Below, piece by piece: positions 9,791-18,101 of a stretch of 36,945 nucleotides of DNA. The notes beneath the pieces are model-generated. The model saw nothing but the letters and a program-made list of their open reading frames with translations, did not search any database and had not been told where the DNA came from. The stretch comes from a virus (Duplodnaviria; Caudoviricetes). The DNA lies in IMG/VR virus record IMGVR_UViG_3300029216_000023, positions 1 through 36,945 of that record. One strand, written 5' to 3'. A program made the position numbers and the translations under genes. Positions within the stretch are counted from its first letter, which is position 1. Each line of letters begins with the position of its first letter.

Positions 9791-9918
9791 AACTACTCGG
9801 TTTTCGGTTTGAGGTTTGAGGTTTGAGGTTTACAAACGCGGTCTGAGGTATAAGGCCGCATACCGCAGATAAGCGTAGACTTCGGACCCCACACCCAATA
9901 CCGCGTTTTTAACCAAGT
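9789..9918. repeat. Heptamer-hairpin intergenic element A
   Basis: (GGTTTGA)n arm, ATACCGC-type arm, 19-mer CAGATAAGCGTAGACTTCG at 9866-9884; termini shared with the element at 13389-13543. Confidence 0.85.
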
Positions 9919-10958
9919 GGATCAGTTGTCCTGGTGTTAACCACATCAATTTGTAAAGGCTGCACAAGGCCTGTCATACCTGCAGGTGCTGAAGCAGCCC
10001 CAAGGATATTCATTGTCATTGAGAATGGGATCTTGCCAGCTCCGGACACAGCGGCTTCCGGGTTGTCAATTTTAAGATGCGGCAACAGGAGGCGGAACAT
10101 ATAGTTGTTTCCGGTTTCGATCTCATGGCCTGTAAAGGTGATATCCATTTTTTGGGACATATACGATTCCCAGTCATCAAAATACGCGTCGGTTATCGCA
10201 TTGTAACGAGGGAACTTCAGTGTCAAAGTAGCAGTTGGAAAACCGTTGTCTGCAGGCTCGTCGACACCTTCCTGTCCAGCTGTGGCCTCTGCATCCATGG
10301 GCCTGGTAAATGTCAGCTCAAACGATGACGGATGGAGTTTGTCCCCTTCGGCCAGAGCCTGTGCAGACTGATTGTTCATTCTAAAAACGGTATCCTTGTT
10401 CATGAGGATCCGGTTTTTCTTATCCGGGATCGTCACCCCTGCCATGGTGGCCGCAGTATTGACACTTGATGCACGATCCAGGGTATCACCAATAAGATCC
10501 ACGCTGATCTTGAGAGGTTTATTCATTTCACCGGAAATCTTAAACCCATGGATTTTTGCAGATGGAATTTCATGGACAACATTGGTCAGTTTAAGCATGG
10601 CCAAAGTGCCAAAGAATCCATCAATATTTGAGGACAGCTTGTAACTGTTGGAGTAGGCAGCACCCCCGGAAACCGTGACTGGCACACCAGTGATTCCACA
10701 GATCAACGCCAGGATCGTATCAAAACCCTCATAGCGCATATAACCTTCAGGGCTTCCACTGACATTTGTAAGACCTGGATCCGCTTCATTAACCCATGCC
10801 TGACCGGCTGAATCATCCAGCTCGGAATCGATGGTGGCCTTGATCCCATCAGATAAAAGCAGCAGGCCATCAGCCTGGCCGCACACAACTGGGGTATGCC
10901 AGTCATCAGCCTTTCGTAATGCGCAGACATATTCTCTGCCTGTTATCTCATTAGCCAT
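9909..10958 (-). CDS. Major tail tube protein (non-contractile type)
   Basis: 349 aa, beta-rich, between tail terminator and chaperones; strong RBS GAGGAG; no sheath gene nearby. Confidence 0.75.
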   Translation of the reverse strand: MANEITGREYVCALRKADDWHTPVVCGQADGLLLLSDGIKATIDSELDDSAGQAWVNEADPGLTNVSGSPEGYMRYEGFDTILALICGITGVPVTVSGGAAYSNSYKLSSNIDGFFGTLAMLKLTNVVHEIPSAKIHGFKISGEMNKPLKISVDLIGDTLDRASSVNTAATMAGVTIPDKKNRILMNKDTVFRMNNQSAQALAEGDKLHPSSFELTFTRPMDAEATAGQEGVDEPADNGFPTATLTLKFPRYNAITDAYFDDWESYMSQKMDITFTGHEIETGNNYMFRLLLPHLKIDNPEAAVSGAGKIPFSMTMNILGAASAPAGMTGLVQPLQIDVVNTRTTDPLG

Positions 10959-10969
10959 TGTTTAACTCC

Positions 10970-11110
10970 TCGGTTAAAAGATCGGTATACGGTTTTCGGT
11001 TTGCGGTTCGAAGTCTACGCTTATCTGCGGAAGGGAAAAGGACTGCTCTTTTAGTCTTTTCCGCATACCGAACACCGCACACCTCAGATAAGCGTAGACT
11101 TCGAACCGGT
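10970..11110. repeat. Heptamer-hairpin intergenic element B
   Basis: Perfect 24-bp inverted repeat 11004-11027 / 11085-11108 containing the 19-mer; heptamer arms. Confidence 0.85.
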
Positions 11111-11113
11111 TTT

Positions 11114-11551
11114 TTATACTGTGTCAAAACGTGTGTATTGCATGGTGACCGGCACCATGAGGATTGCCAGGTTGCCATCGCTTAATATTTCTGATCCGCC
11201 CTGGGTTGTCGGGAATGCAGTTTCAACAAGTCCCCCCAGGGCATTGTTTTTCAGGGAAGCGATGATATCGCTTGCAACATCCAGCACCCCTTTTTTGCTG
11301 CCACTTCCCATCACTCCGGCCTCTGGCTTTAACAGCTGGACGTATGCGGCAAAGGTGATGCTAAAGTTTTCATCATCCTGGTCGGCAGCGTAGTTTGCAA
11401 ATCCTGTGACACCATCTTTGATGCCGATTGCAGGATAGCCTCCGGTGTTTCTGATCAACCGGAGATCTTCGGTTACGTATATGTCCCGGCTTTTGATGTA
11501 GTCCAGGTCAGTCTGCAGGGCTGTTTTGGATGCGGTTATTTCTGCTTTCAT
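11114..11551 (-). CDS. Tail terminator / Mu gp37-like
   Basis: 145 aa between gp36-like and tube genes, YPAIGI motif; positional. Confidence 0.6.
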   Translation of the reverse strand: MKAEITASKTALQTDLDYIKSRDIYVTEDLRLIRNTGGYPAIGIKDGVTGFANYAADQDDENFSITFAAYVQLLKPEAGVMGSGSKKGVLDVASDIIASLKNNALGGLVETAFPTTQGGSEILSDGNLAILMVPVTMQYTRFDTV

Positions 11552-11555
11552 TTTT

Positions 11556-11972
11556 TTAAAAGCCTTTTAATTTGTCCCTGGAAAAAACCCGATCGGAAGA
11601 ATTGATCACAGCAGCGTTGCTCTGCCCGGCCTCAGGATCCCCGATCCCCAGGCTGATATCCCCCCTGGCAACTTTCTCCAGAAATCGAATCACATTGTCA
11701 TAGCGTTTCTGCCAGTGATCAGGAGGCCCCTGCCGCCTGGCGTAGAGGTTGTAAATCGCAATATCCACAGCCTGTTTGTTGATGATGTCAGGTACAGGGG
11801 AGAGCGGTAGTGTGTACCGCTCTCCCAGGTAGCCGTCAATTTCAACGTCTGCCGTTTCCAGAGCCGTGTCGGTGATCGTGGCATCAATGGTGCCGCTATC
11901 ATTGTCATCTGTCAGCTGCACAAGGAGATCCTCAGGCAGCTGCGCTTTAAGATCGTCAAGGCTGGCGTACAT
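11556..11972 (-). CDS. Mu gp36-like head-tail adaptor (DUF1320)
   Basis: MYASLDDL...LVQLTD...EIDGYLGERYTLPL...DIAIYNLY...RYDNVIRFLEKVARGDISLG signature. Confidence 0.9.
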   Translation of the reverse strand: MYASLDDLKAQLPEDLLVQLTDDNDSGTIDATITDTALETADVEIDGYLGERYTLPLSPVPDIINKQAVDIAIYNLYARRQGPPDHWQKRYDNVIRFLEKVARGDISLGIGDPEAGQSNAAVINSSDRVFSRDKLKGF

Positions 11973-12346
11973 TATTCAGCCCCTTCCTGGTGCATTTTGT
12001 AGGCAACATCGCGCATACCTGCAGAGACATCCTCCCCCATGATTGATGCAAGGACTTTGACCTGGGGAGCCCCGGATCTTGTCCAGTCATCCTTGTTTTT
12101 TTTATCCTCATCCAGACAGTCAATGGCACAACCAAAGGCCTTGTCGAGTGCGGTTAGTTCTGCAAAAGGATCAGCAGGTATTTTTTGATCAGGAGCTACA
12201 ACATGACTGATCGACAGCATGGGTTCTTCCACGATCGCTTCAATCTGCTCGTCATTAAAATAATCATCCGGGTATCCAGTTTCTTCAGCAGGATGAACAA
12301 CCCCGGCCCGCCGAAAACCATTCTGTTTACTTGAAATTAAAAACAT
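11972..12346 (-). CDS. Mu gp35/FluMu HI1506-like protein
   Basis: N-terminal ISSKQNGFRRAG..HP and EEPML motifs; RBS GAGGAG favours the ATG at 12346. Confidence 0.75.
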   Translation of the reverse strand: MFLISSKQNGFRRAGVVHPAEETGYPDDYFNDEQIEAIVEEPMLSISHVVAPDQKIPADPFAELTALDKAFGCAIDCLDEDKKNKDDWTRSGAPQVKVLASIMGEDVSAGMRDVAYKMHQEGAE

Positions 12347-12377
12347 CGTCATCTCCTCTAAGAGCGGCATGAGATGG

Positions 12378-12432
12378 CCTTACCGCACACCTCATACCGC
12401 AGATAAGCGTAGACTTCGGACCCAAAACCGTT
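12378..12432. repeat. Heptamer intergenic element C (half element)
   Basis: 31 bp (12393-12423) identical to 9859-9889, including the 19-mer. Confidence 0.8.
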
Positions 12433-12435
12433 CCG

Positions 12436-13356
12436 TTAAGCTGTTCCTGTAGATCCGTAGCAAAGCTGCCACAGTGCATATCCAGCCTTGCCGCGAGCCT
12501 CAGCACCGAACTTGAATTTCTTGCGCATAAAGACATCATCTGCCTCAGGATCGATTTGCTGTACAAAGACAGGCTTTTTACGCTGCTGAAAAACAAAGGG
12601 CTTCACTGCCCGGCTGGTGTCGAGCAGGAACCAGGCTGTATCAGAAGTGAGTTGGTCATTGACCACCACTTTTGCAGTGTTTTTAAAGATGTTGGCCTTG
12701 CCGTCTTCAAGACGATCGACTGTCATCAAAGCATTGGCCTCATCTTCAAGCGCTGGCGGCACCATAAGTACGGTGGGCTTTACTCCAAGTGGCCGGCCTT
12801 CATCATCCACGCATTTACGCATGGCTATTCTCGCGGCACCATAGCCAGCTTTGGCAGCTGCCAGGGTAGCAGTGGACAGGACAGCTGTGCCTTTGTTGGA
12901 GAAAGACACTGTGCCACCTTCGCCATCACCAACAGGGTGGTCGGTATCGCAGAAGTACTGACCGTCATAGCATTTGTTTACAAACGATCCATTTGCTATT
13001 TCGCCAACAATCTCATCCGGCCAGGTACGGGAAGAGGAGCCTGCCTCCATGGCCATTGGGCCGTAAATCCCTATCTGATCATCTTCAATATTGTTTCGAT
13101 CCACTTCAACAGTGGCCTCAAAATCATCATTGGTGAGGGTGTATTTAAAGGCAGCGAGAGACTTAACAGTCTTTTCCCCAAGCCATTTTCGCATCTTGGG
13201 AAAAGTAGAGAGCCAGGAATAATCCTCCTGGCTGGTGGAGGACGGTACCAGCATGGCGTATTCCTGCCAGGTGGTTTCCGCACCGGCAAATGCCTTGTTG
13301 AATACTGTTTTCAAGCTGATAAAAATAGCAGCTACATTGGACTTGTTTACGAGCAT
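12436..13356 (-). CDS. Major capsid protein, Mu gpT-like
   Basis: FEATVEVDRNNIEDDQIG, CYDGQYFCDTDHPV, AWFLLDTSRAVKPFVFQQR signatures. Confidence 0.93.
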   Translation of the reverse strand: MLVNKSNVAAIFISLKTVFNKAFAGAETTWQEYAMLVPSSTSQEDYSWLSTFPKMRKWLGEKTVKSLAAFKYTLTNDDFEATVEVDRNNIEDDQIGIYGPMAMEAGSSSRTWPDEIVGEIANGSFVNKCYDGQYFCDTDHPVGDGEGGTVSFSNKGTAVLSTATLAAAKAGYGAARIAMRKCVDDEGRPLGVKPTVLMVPPALEDEANALMTVDRLEDGKANIFKNTAKVVVNDQLTSDTAWFLLDTSRAVKPFVFQQRKKPVFVQQIDPEADDVFMRKKFKFGAEARGKAGYALWQLCYGSTGTA

Positions 13357-13388
13357 TTTGATTCTCCTTACAAATTTAAATAATTGAT

Positions 13389-13543
13389 ATAACTACTCGG
13401 TTTTCGGTTTGAGGTGCGCGGTTTGAGGTGCGCATTTTACGCTATGCGGAAAAGACTAAACGTCCGGTTTTTTCGGAATCTTCGCTTACCTGCCCTTCCG
13501 CATACCGCACACCACAAACCCAATACCACGTTTTTAACCAAGT
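13389..13543. repeat. Heptamer-hairpin intergenic element D
   Basis: Same termini as element A; core (~13444-13502) is the near-identical reverse complement of the core of element F. Confidence 0.85.
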
Positions 13544-13570
13544 TGTAGATGGATCAAGATAGATCAGGAT

Positions 13571-13975
13571 TTAGCTGATCTCTACCAACACCCCTTGCGT
13601 AACAATGCCGAGACATTTTCCCGCAACGATGCTATTTGTTCCGCCTGCAGACGAGACAGTTTCGTCATCTTCCACATAGACATTTTTCCCATGCAGGGCA
13701 ACAGTCACTGCATTACTGCCAGAGTTTTTAAAAATGAATGTTTTTTTTCTGCGAATAGCTACGGACAGATCCCCGTCAGCTCCAGCGCTATTGTCAACCT
13801 GTTCCTCAGCCATCCCCATTACAGTGAGTCCTGCAGCATCAGCTGCCGGGGTAATAAAGCCAGCCGCATTTGCTGCAGCCATGCCACCGGCGAATACTAT
13901 TGCAGTTGCGGCAACTCCAACTACAAGCAACTCGCCATCCTTATGAGGGGTGTTTCTATCTGCTGTTAAAGCCAT
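13571..13975 (-). CDS. Capsid decoration/cement-like protein
   Basis: MALTADRNTP..., Ala/Gly-rich, VYVEDDETV; between protease and capsid; RBS AAGGAG supports a start at 13975 rather than 14065. Confidence 0.75.
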   Translation of the reverse strand: MALTADRNTPHKDGELLVVGVAATAIVFAGGMAAANAAGFITPAADAAGLTVMGMAEEQVDNSAGADGDLSVAIRRKKTFIFKNSGSNAVTVALHGKNVYVEDDETVSSAGGTNSIVAGKCLGIVTQGVLVEIS

Positions 13976-13994
13976 GTTAATCTCCTTTGAAAAA

Positions 13995-14078
13995 TCGGTT
14001 AAAAGATCGGTTTTGGGTGCGCGGTATGCGGTATGCGGTAAAAGACCGCAGACCCCACACCTCACACCGCATACCGTT
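13995..14078. repeat. Heptamer-hairpin intergenic element E
   Basis: (GCGGTAT)n arm and (ACACCGC/ATACCG) arm; TCGGTTAAAAGATCGGT shared with element B. Confidence 0.8.
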
Positions 14079-14082
14079 CTTG

Positions 14083-15093
14083 TTATTGAATTCCGCCAAA
14101 TGTCTTCAGGTCTGCCTCATCCACATCCATCATCTTAGCAACTGTGAGGACGGAGTCGGACATCTTGGTGGCATCGAGTTTCTGATCCGCATCCGGCAGC
14201 GCACCGACAGGGACAACCACAGGAGCCTTAGCCACGAATATTTTAAAGCCATCCAAATTGTCCTTGGCATATTGGGTTGCCCAGTCTTTTTGCTCAGGGG
14301 TGATCTTGCCATCGATAACAGCCTTGGCCACAACCTCATCAGCATCACGTTTTGCAAGCTTCTCCTGGAGCTGTTTAAAATCTGTCTGAGAGACCACGTT
14401 TTTTCCAGACTGTTTCAGGGCATGGATAGACGCAACAACGGTTGATTCGTCATCCTCTTCAATTCCGAGTGCTGTAATCACCGCCTTGGAGATCACTTCT
14501 TTTGGCGCGACACCGGATCCTTTTTCCAGTTTTGCCACGGCGGCAACGACATCATCATTACTTGCGTCCTGTTTCAATTTCAGGGCCGCGATCATCATTT
14601 CAAGCAAAGTCATGTTCTGCTCCTCTTGTTGTTGTTCTGCCCCAAGCTTTGCAAGGAGCGGTTTTATATTATTTGTTCTGGGCGCATTAGTGAGCGCCAC
14701 ACTGTGTATCGATAAAAGACGGTCATCAGATTTGCGGACATTAAAAACCGGTGAGAAATAGCGATACTCACCTTTGGTCAGATAGCCGCTGGCCTCTTCG
14801 GTCCAATCAATCCGCGCCTCAATACCTATGCCATCTGTATAGCGCCACTCTCGGCACCAACCTGCTGCAGGGGCTTTTACATCCTCCAGGGTCTGATGCT
14901 CGTAATCAAAAACAATGTCCACACCACGACGATCCAGCCTGGTGATGACGAGTTCCCAGGAAATACGATCAACCAGGTATGTCCCAAATCCTTCCACCTC
15001 GACTGAGCCTTCAGGGAAGAGGCAGATCCATTCTGGTAAACTATCTTTTCCAGCTTCCAGGCCGAGGGCTGCTATAATGGTTAAAATTTTCAT
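14083..15093 (-). CDS. Mu gpI-like prohead protease/scaffold
   Basis: IVFDYEHQT, APAAGW, EYRYFSPVF, SVALTNAP motifs; helical C-terminal scaffold region. Confidence 0.92.
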   Translation of the reverse strand: MKILTIIAALGLEAGKDSLPEWICLFPEGSVEVEGFGTYLVDRISWELVITRLDRRGVDIVFDYEHQTLEDVKAPAAGWCREWRYTDGIGIEARIDWTEEASGYLTKGEYRYFSPVFNVRKSDDRLLSIHSVALTNAPRTNNIKPLLAKLGAEQQQEEQNMTLLEMMIAALKLKQDASNDDVVAAVAKLEKGSGVAPKEVISKAVITALGIEEDDESTVVASIHALKQSGKNVVSQTDFKQLQEKLAKRDADEVVAKAVIDGKITPEQKDWATQYAKDNLDGFKIFVAKAPVVVPVGALPDADQKLDATKMSDSVLTVAKMMDVDEADLKTFGGIQ

Positions 15094-15629
15094 GCTGTTT
15101 TTTCTCCGATGATGTGCGCTGCCATAATCTCTTCTATGTCCCTGATGTCATCCGTCTGTATGTGCATAAAAGGCCTGGCCGGGATATCTCCCCAGGGGAG
15201 TTTCATTTTTCGGTCATGGGCTTTTACCCTGATTTTAAATCTGCCCCGAAAGCTCCGGTAATGCGCTGGCACTTTTGCCACCACAGTGCCGAAACTGAAT
15301 TTCTTAGCTCCATATTGATGAGTGGCTGCATATTCAACGTTGGTACCAACCACCACGCTGTTTTGATCGGCCTTGACGGTAAAGGAATTCATCAGCCTGT
15401 TTGTGTCCCGTAAAGTGCCAACTCTCCGCCCTGGAATACTGTCTGCCGATCCTCGCTTTGATGCCTTCCATTTTTCAGGCCTGCCGCCTTCCCTGAAGTT
15501 TGTTCTGATCGATTCCCGGACAATGGCGCCAACAGCTCTCAAGGCCTGCTGTTTGTTCTCGCAGCGCTCGATACTTCGCGCTAAAACTTCCTGCAATCTG
15601 GAATCGTCAATCCGTATCCGCATCTCCAT
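15090..15629 (-). CDS. Virion morphogenesis protein, Mu gpG-like
   Basis: NF..GGRPEKW, TLRDTNRLMNS, VGTNVEYAATHQYG, IPARPF motifs. Confidence 0.88.
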   Translation of the reverse strand: MEMRIRIDDSRLQEVLARSIERCENKQQALRAVGAIVRESIRTNFREGGRPEKWKASKRGSADSIPGRRVGTLRDTNRLMNSFTVKADQNSVVVGTNVEYAATHQYGAKKFSFGTVVAKVPAHYRSFRGRFKIRVKAHDRKMKLPWGDIPARPFMHIQTDDIRDIEEIMAAHIIGEKTA

Positions 15630-15679
15630 ATCAAAACCATGTTTAAACTATGTTTAAATTCGTTTGTGTTTGGAGAAGA

Positions 15680-16534
15680 TCAACTCTTTGTGTCTGTAGT
15701 CGTTTCCTTATCCAAATCACGCTCAGACGATTCTGCGGCCTCTAGTAAATCTGTCAGCGCCTTCGTCTCAGAAAGATCTTTTTCAACCATCAGCGCCAAT
15801 CCTCCAGGGTATGTTTTCAGCCGGTCAATTAAGACCTGGGCAAATTGTGCCCAGTACACCTGGCCCGGGTTATGCTCAAATCCAATATCTGGCAACATCT
15901 GCCGGCCCGGCATCTTCTCCCCCGAGACAGGTGAAACAGGTTCAATCAGTCTTTCTGTGATATCTTCTTTTTCAACTTCAATCTTTCTTCGTTCCACTGC
16001 CCCCCTGGTCAGTCCAATCACTGAACAGCGGCAGCGATAACCATTTGGCGGGTACCAGGTGTTCCAAACCGGATGATCCTTTGGCCACACTCTCCCGTCC
16101 ATGGCAAGATGGGTTGGCCTGGTGCGTTTGTCGTTTACTGCGTCGTACTGCCAGTAAGGAAAAACTGAGGATTCTTCCTGCAGTTGCTTATAACGGCCAA
16201 CGTTGTAGGCAGTTTGGATATTGGTGCGGTAAATATTATCTATCCGCCATGCCCGTTTTCCTTTCCAGCCCCGGCGTTCAAAAATATCTGCACACTCTTT
16301 TTTAAATTTCCCGAAGGAATCACCACGATCGATACCCTTTTGCAGAGCAGTAAAAACAGTGTTTAGTTCATCGCCCTTGGCAATCCCGGATACTGCGAAG
16401 GCGCGAAGTTTAGCCTCGGCAGAGAGTTTGTTAAACTGCCCGGCACCAATTTGGATCTTGTCCCTCCAGAATGCCTGAGCTTCTTCCATGGGAAGGTCAA
16501 AAGCATGACTGAGATATTTTTTTGTTTCAGGCAT
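15680..16534 (-). CDS. Minor head protein, Mu gpF-like
   Basis: IYRTNIQTAYNVGR, YWQYDAVNDKRTRPTH, YPPNGYRCRC. Confidence 0.92.
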   Translation of the reverse strand: MPETKKYLSHAFDLPMEEAQAFWRDKIQIGAGQFNKLSAEAKLRAFAVSGIAKGDELNTVFTALQKGIDRGDSFGKFKKECADIFERRGWKGKRAWRIDNIYRTNIQTAYNVGRYKQLQEESSVFPYWQYDAVNDKRTRPTHLAMDGRVWPKDHPVWNTWYPPNGYRCRCSVIGLTRGAVERRKIEVEKEDITERLIEPVSPVSGEKMPGRQMLPDIGFEHNPGQVYWAQFAQVLIDRLKTYPGGLALMVEKDLSETKALTDLLEAAESSERDLDKETTTDTKS

Positions 16535-18101
16535 CCTTCACCATCAATCTTCCATGGAGATCTGCAGTGAGCAATGCCTTTTCAAGTCCGTCCTGCAGGC
16601 TGATCATTTCCATTTCAGGATAGAAGGCGAGGAGGTTTTCCATGGCCTCTTCGTAGCTTTCGGCCTCCTGGACAATTTGCAGGATCTTTTCTTCGTTGGT
16701 GCTGAGATCCGTTTCCGTCCAGGCCATGTCCGCCAGATCTTCCAACTCCTGTTGCTCGTCGCTAAATTGTGGAGCTGCTCCATCCTTGGCTACAACTGTT
16801 GTTTTAGCAGCTGTTGATACGGAGGGCTGGGGAGCTGTGGCACCACCAACCATTTCCTCTTCCCCTTCCTGTTCCGGGATACCAAAGGAGCGATTAACAA
16901 AAGAACGCGGCATGGCAACACGATCCAGGACGTTGCCCATCCATTCCGATTTTGCCAGCAGGTCGTCAGGCTCCTCAAACAAAATGGAATATTCAGGGAT
17001 TAATGCATCCCAGCCAAAATTAAAACCAACCAGGGGCCGAATCAACTGATTACGAACAGTACCAGCAATGGCCCGGCCATCGGCACGGAGAAGATCCAGC
17101 CGTACTTCATTGTGCGTTTTGGATGCTGCATAGCTGCCTTTGCCGTCCACCTCAGCGGTCAGGGTTTGACCAAGGAGAGCTTTGGAAATCTCGCCATTAC
17201 AAAAAGAGGCCAGCATTTTATAAAGATCACCACTGGCATTTTTCACGGTCTCTATAAATTCGATGGCCGTTGAATCGGAAATAATTCCTGCGGCATCAGA
17301 GCCAAGGGAGGAGATCGCTGTCAACAGTGCATCTTTGTCATCGGTCGAGGCACCTGATGAATATTTTCCCAGCCTGAGTGGCATGCCGAAAACTTCGGAG
17401 AATATTACCCAGTCTTTGAGCGCATAGTGCTTGAAGAGTATCATCCAGGACGCAACTCGATAGATACCTGACCTGGTTGGGTGCCCGGATTTACCGCCGT
17501 ATTTATGCAAGAGCATCTTCCAGGCCGGTACCTCTATGCCCATAGGATCATCATCGGTGAGCAAGCGCGGGTACTTCTGCAGCAGACCTTTCTCATCTGT
17601 GTAGAGAAAGCGCTTCTGCTCAATGAAATCAAACTTTGTCGGAACTGCCTGGCCGCTGGAAACATCCCAGAAGATTTCCAGGCCGGAATAGCCTTTACCA
17701 ACCGCATCCTGGAGGGAGACAATTGTATCCTCCCAGTCGGTCAGGTTGCTGAATGTCTCGCTTACAAACTTTGCTATTTTTTGATCCCTGGGATCTTCAC
17801 TGGCTGGCTCAACGATGAAATCAAGATCCAGGAGGACGTTTTTTCGCTTATCTCGCTCGCACAGCAGGTGACCGTCTTTCTCTTCCAGCTGCTCAAACAG
17901 TTCTGCCTGTGATCGCATGTCGCCGCTGTCAGCAGCTTTAAATACTGCTGCGAGCCGTTCGGGAGTGAGACCGTCTGTTACATATTCCCGGAAAGAATCC
18001 AGTACCGGAGCAACGGCAAGCGGGTTGCGATCCGGGTTTTTATTGGATGAGAGATCCACCTCTCTGCCAAACTGGTCATAGATGATCACCTTGTTGGCCA
18101 T
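16527..18101 (-). CDS. Portal protein, Mu gp29-like (DUF935)
   Basis: WVIFSEVFGMPLRLGKY, EISKALLGQTLT, GSYAASKTHNEVR. Confidence 0.93.
   Translation of the reverse strand: MANKVIIYDQFGREVDLSSNKNPDRNPLAVAPVLDSFREYVTDGLTPERLAAVFKAADSGDMRSQAELFEQLEEKDGHLLCERDKRKNVLLDLDFIVEPASEDPRDQKIAKFVSETFSNLTDWEDTIVSLQDAVGKGYSGLEIFWDVSSGQAVPTKFDFIEQKRFLYTDEKGLLQKYPRLLTDDDPMGIEVPAWKMLLHKYGGKSGHPTRSGIYRVASWMILFKHYALKDWVIFSEVFGMPLRLGKYSSGASTDDKDALLTAISSLGSDAAGIISDSTAIEFIETVKNASGDLYKMLASFCNGEISKALLGQTLTAEVDGKGSYAASKTHNEVRLDLLRADGRAIAGTVRNQLIRPLVGFNFGWDALIPEYSILFEEPDDLLAKSEWMGNVLDRVAMPRSFVNRSFGIPEQEGEEEMVGGATAPQPSVSTAAKTTVVAKDGAAPQFSDEQQELEDLADMAWTETDLSTNEEKILQIVQEAESYEEAMENLLAFYPEMEMISLQDGLEKALLTADLHGRLMVKDA

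Noticed and set aside
10951-11185. ORFs 10951-11178, 10958-11185, 21679-21948 and the extension 13976-14065
   Set aside because: They are translations of heptamer repeats (VCGVRYA, RTPHT) with no RBS support
12556-13383. Long + strand ORFs (e.g. 12556-13383, 2414-3238, 30874-31542, 29839-30456)
   Set aside because: Antisense shadows of well-supported - strand genes, with no recognisable motifs
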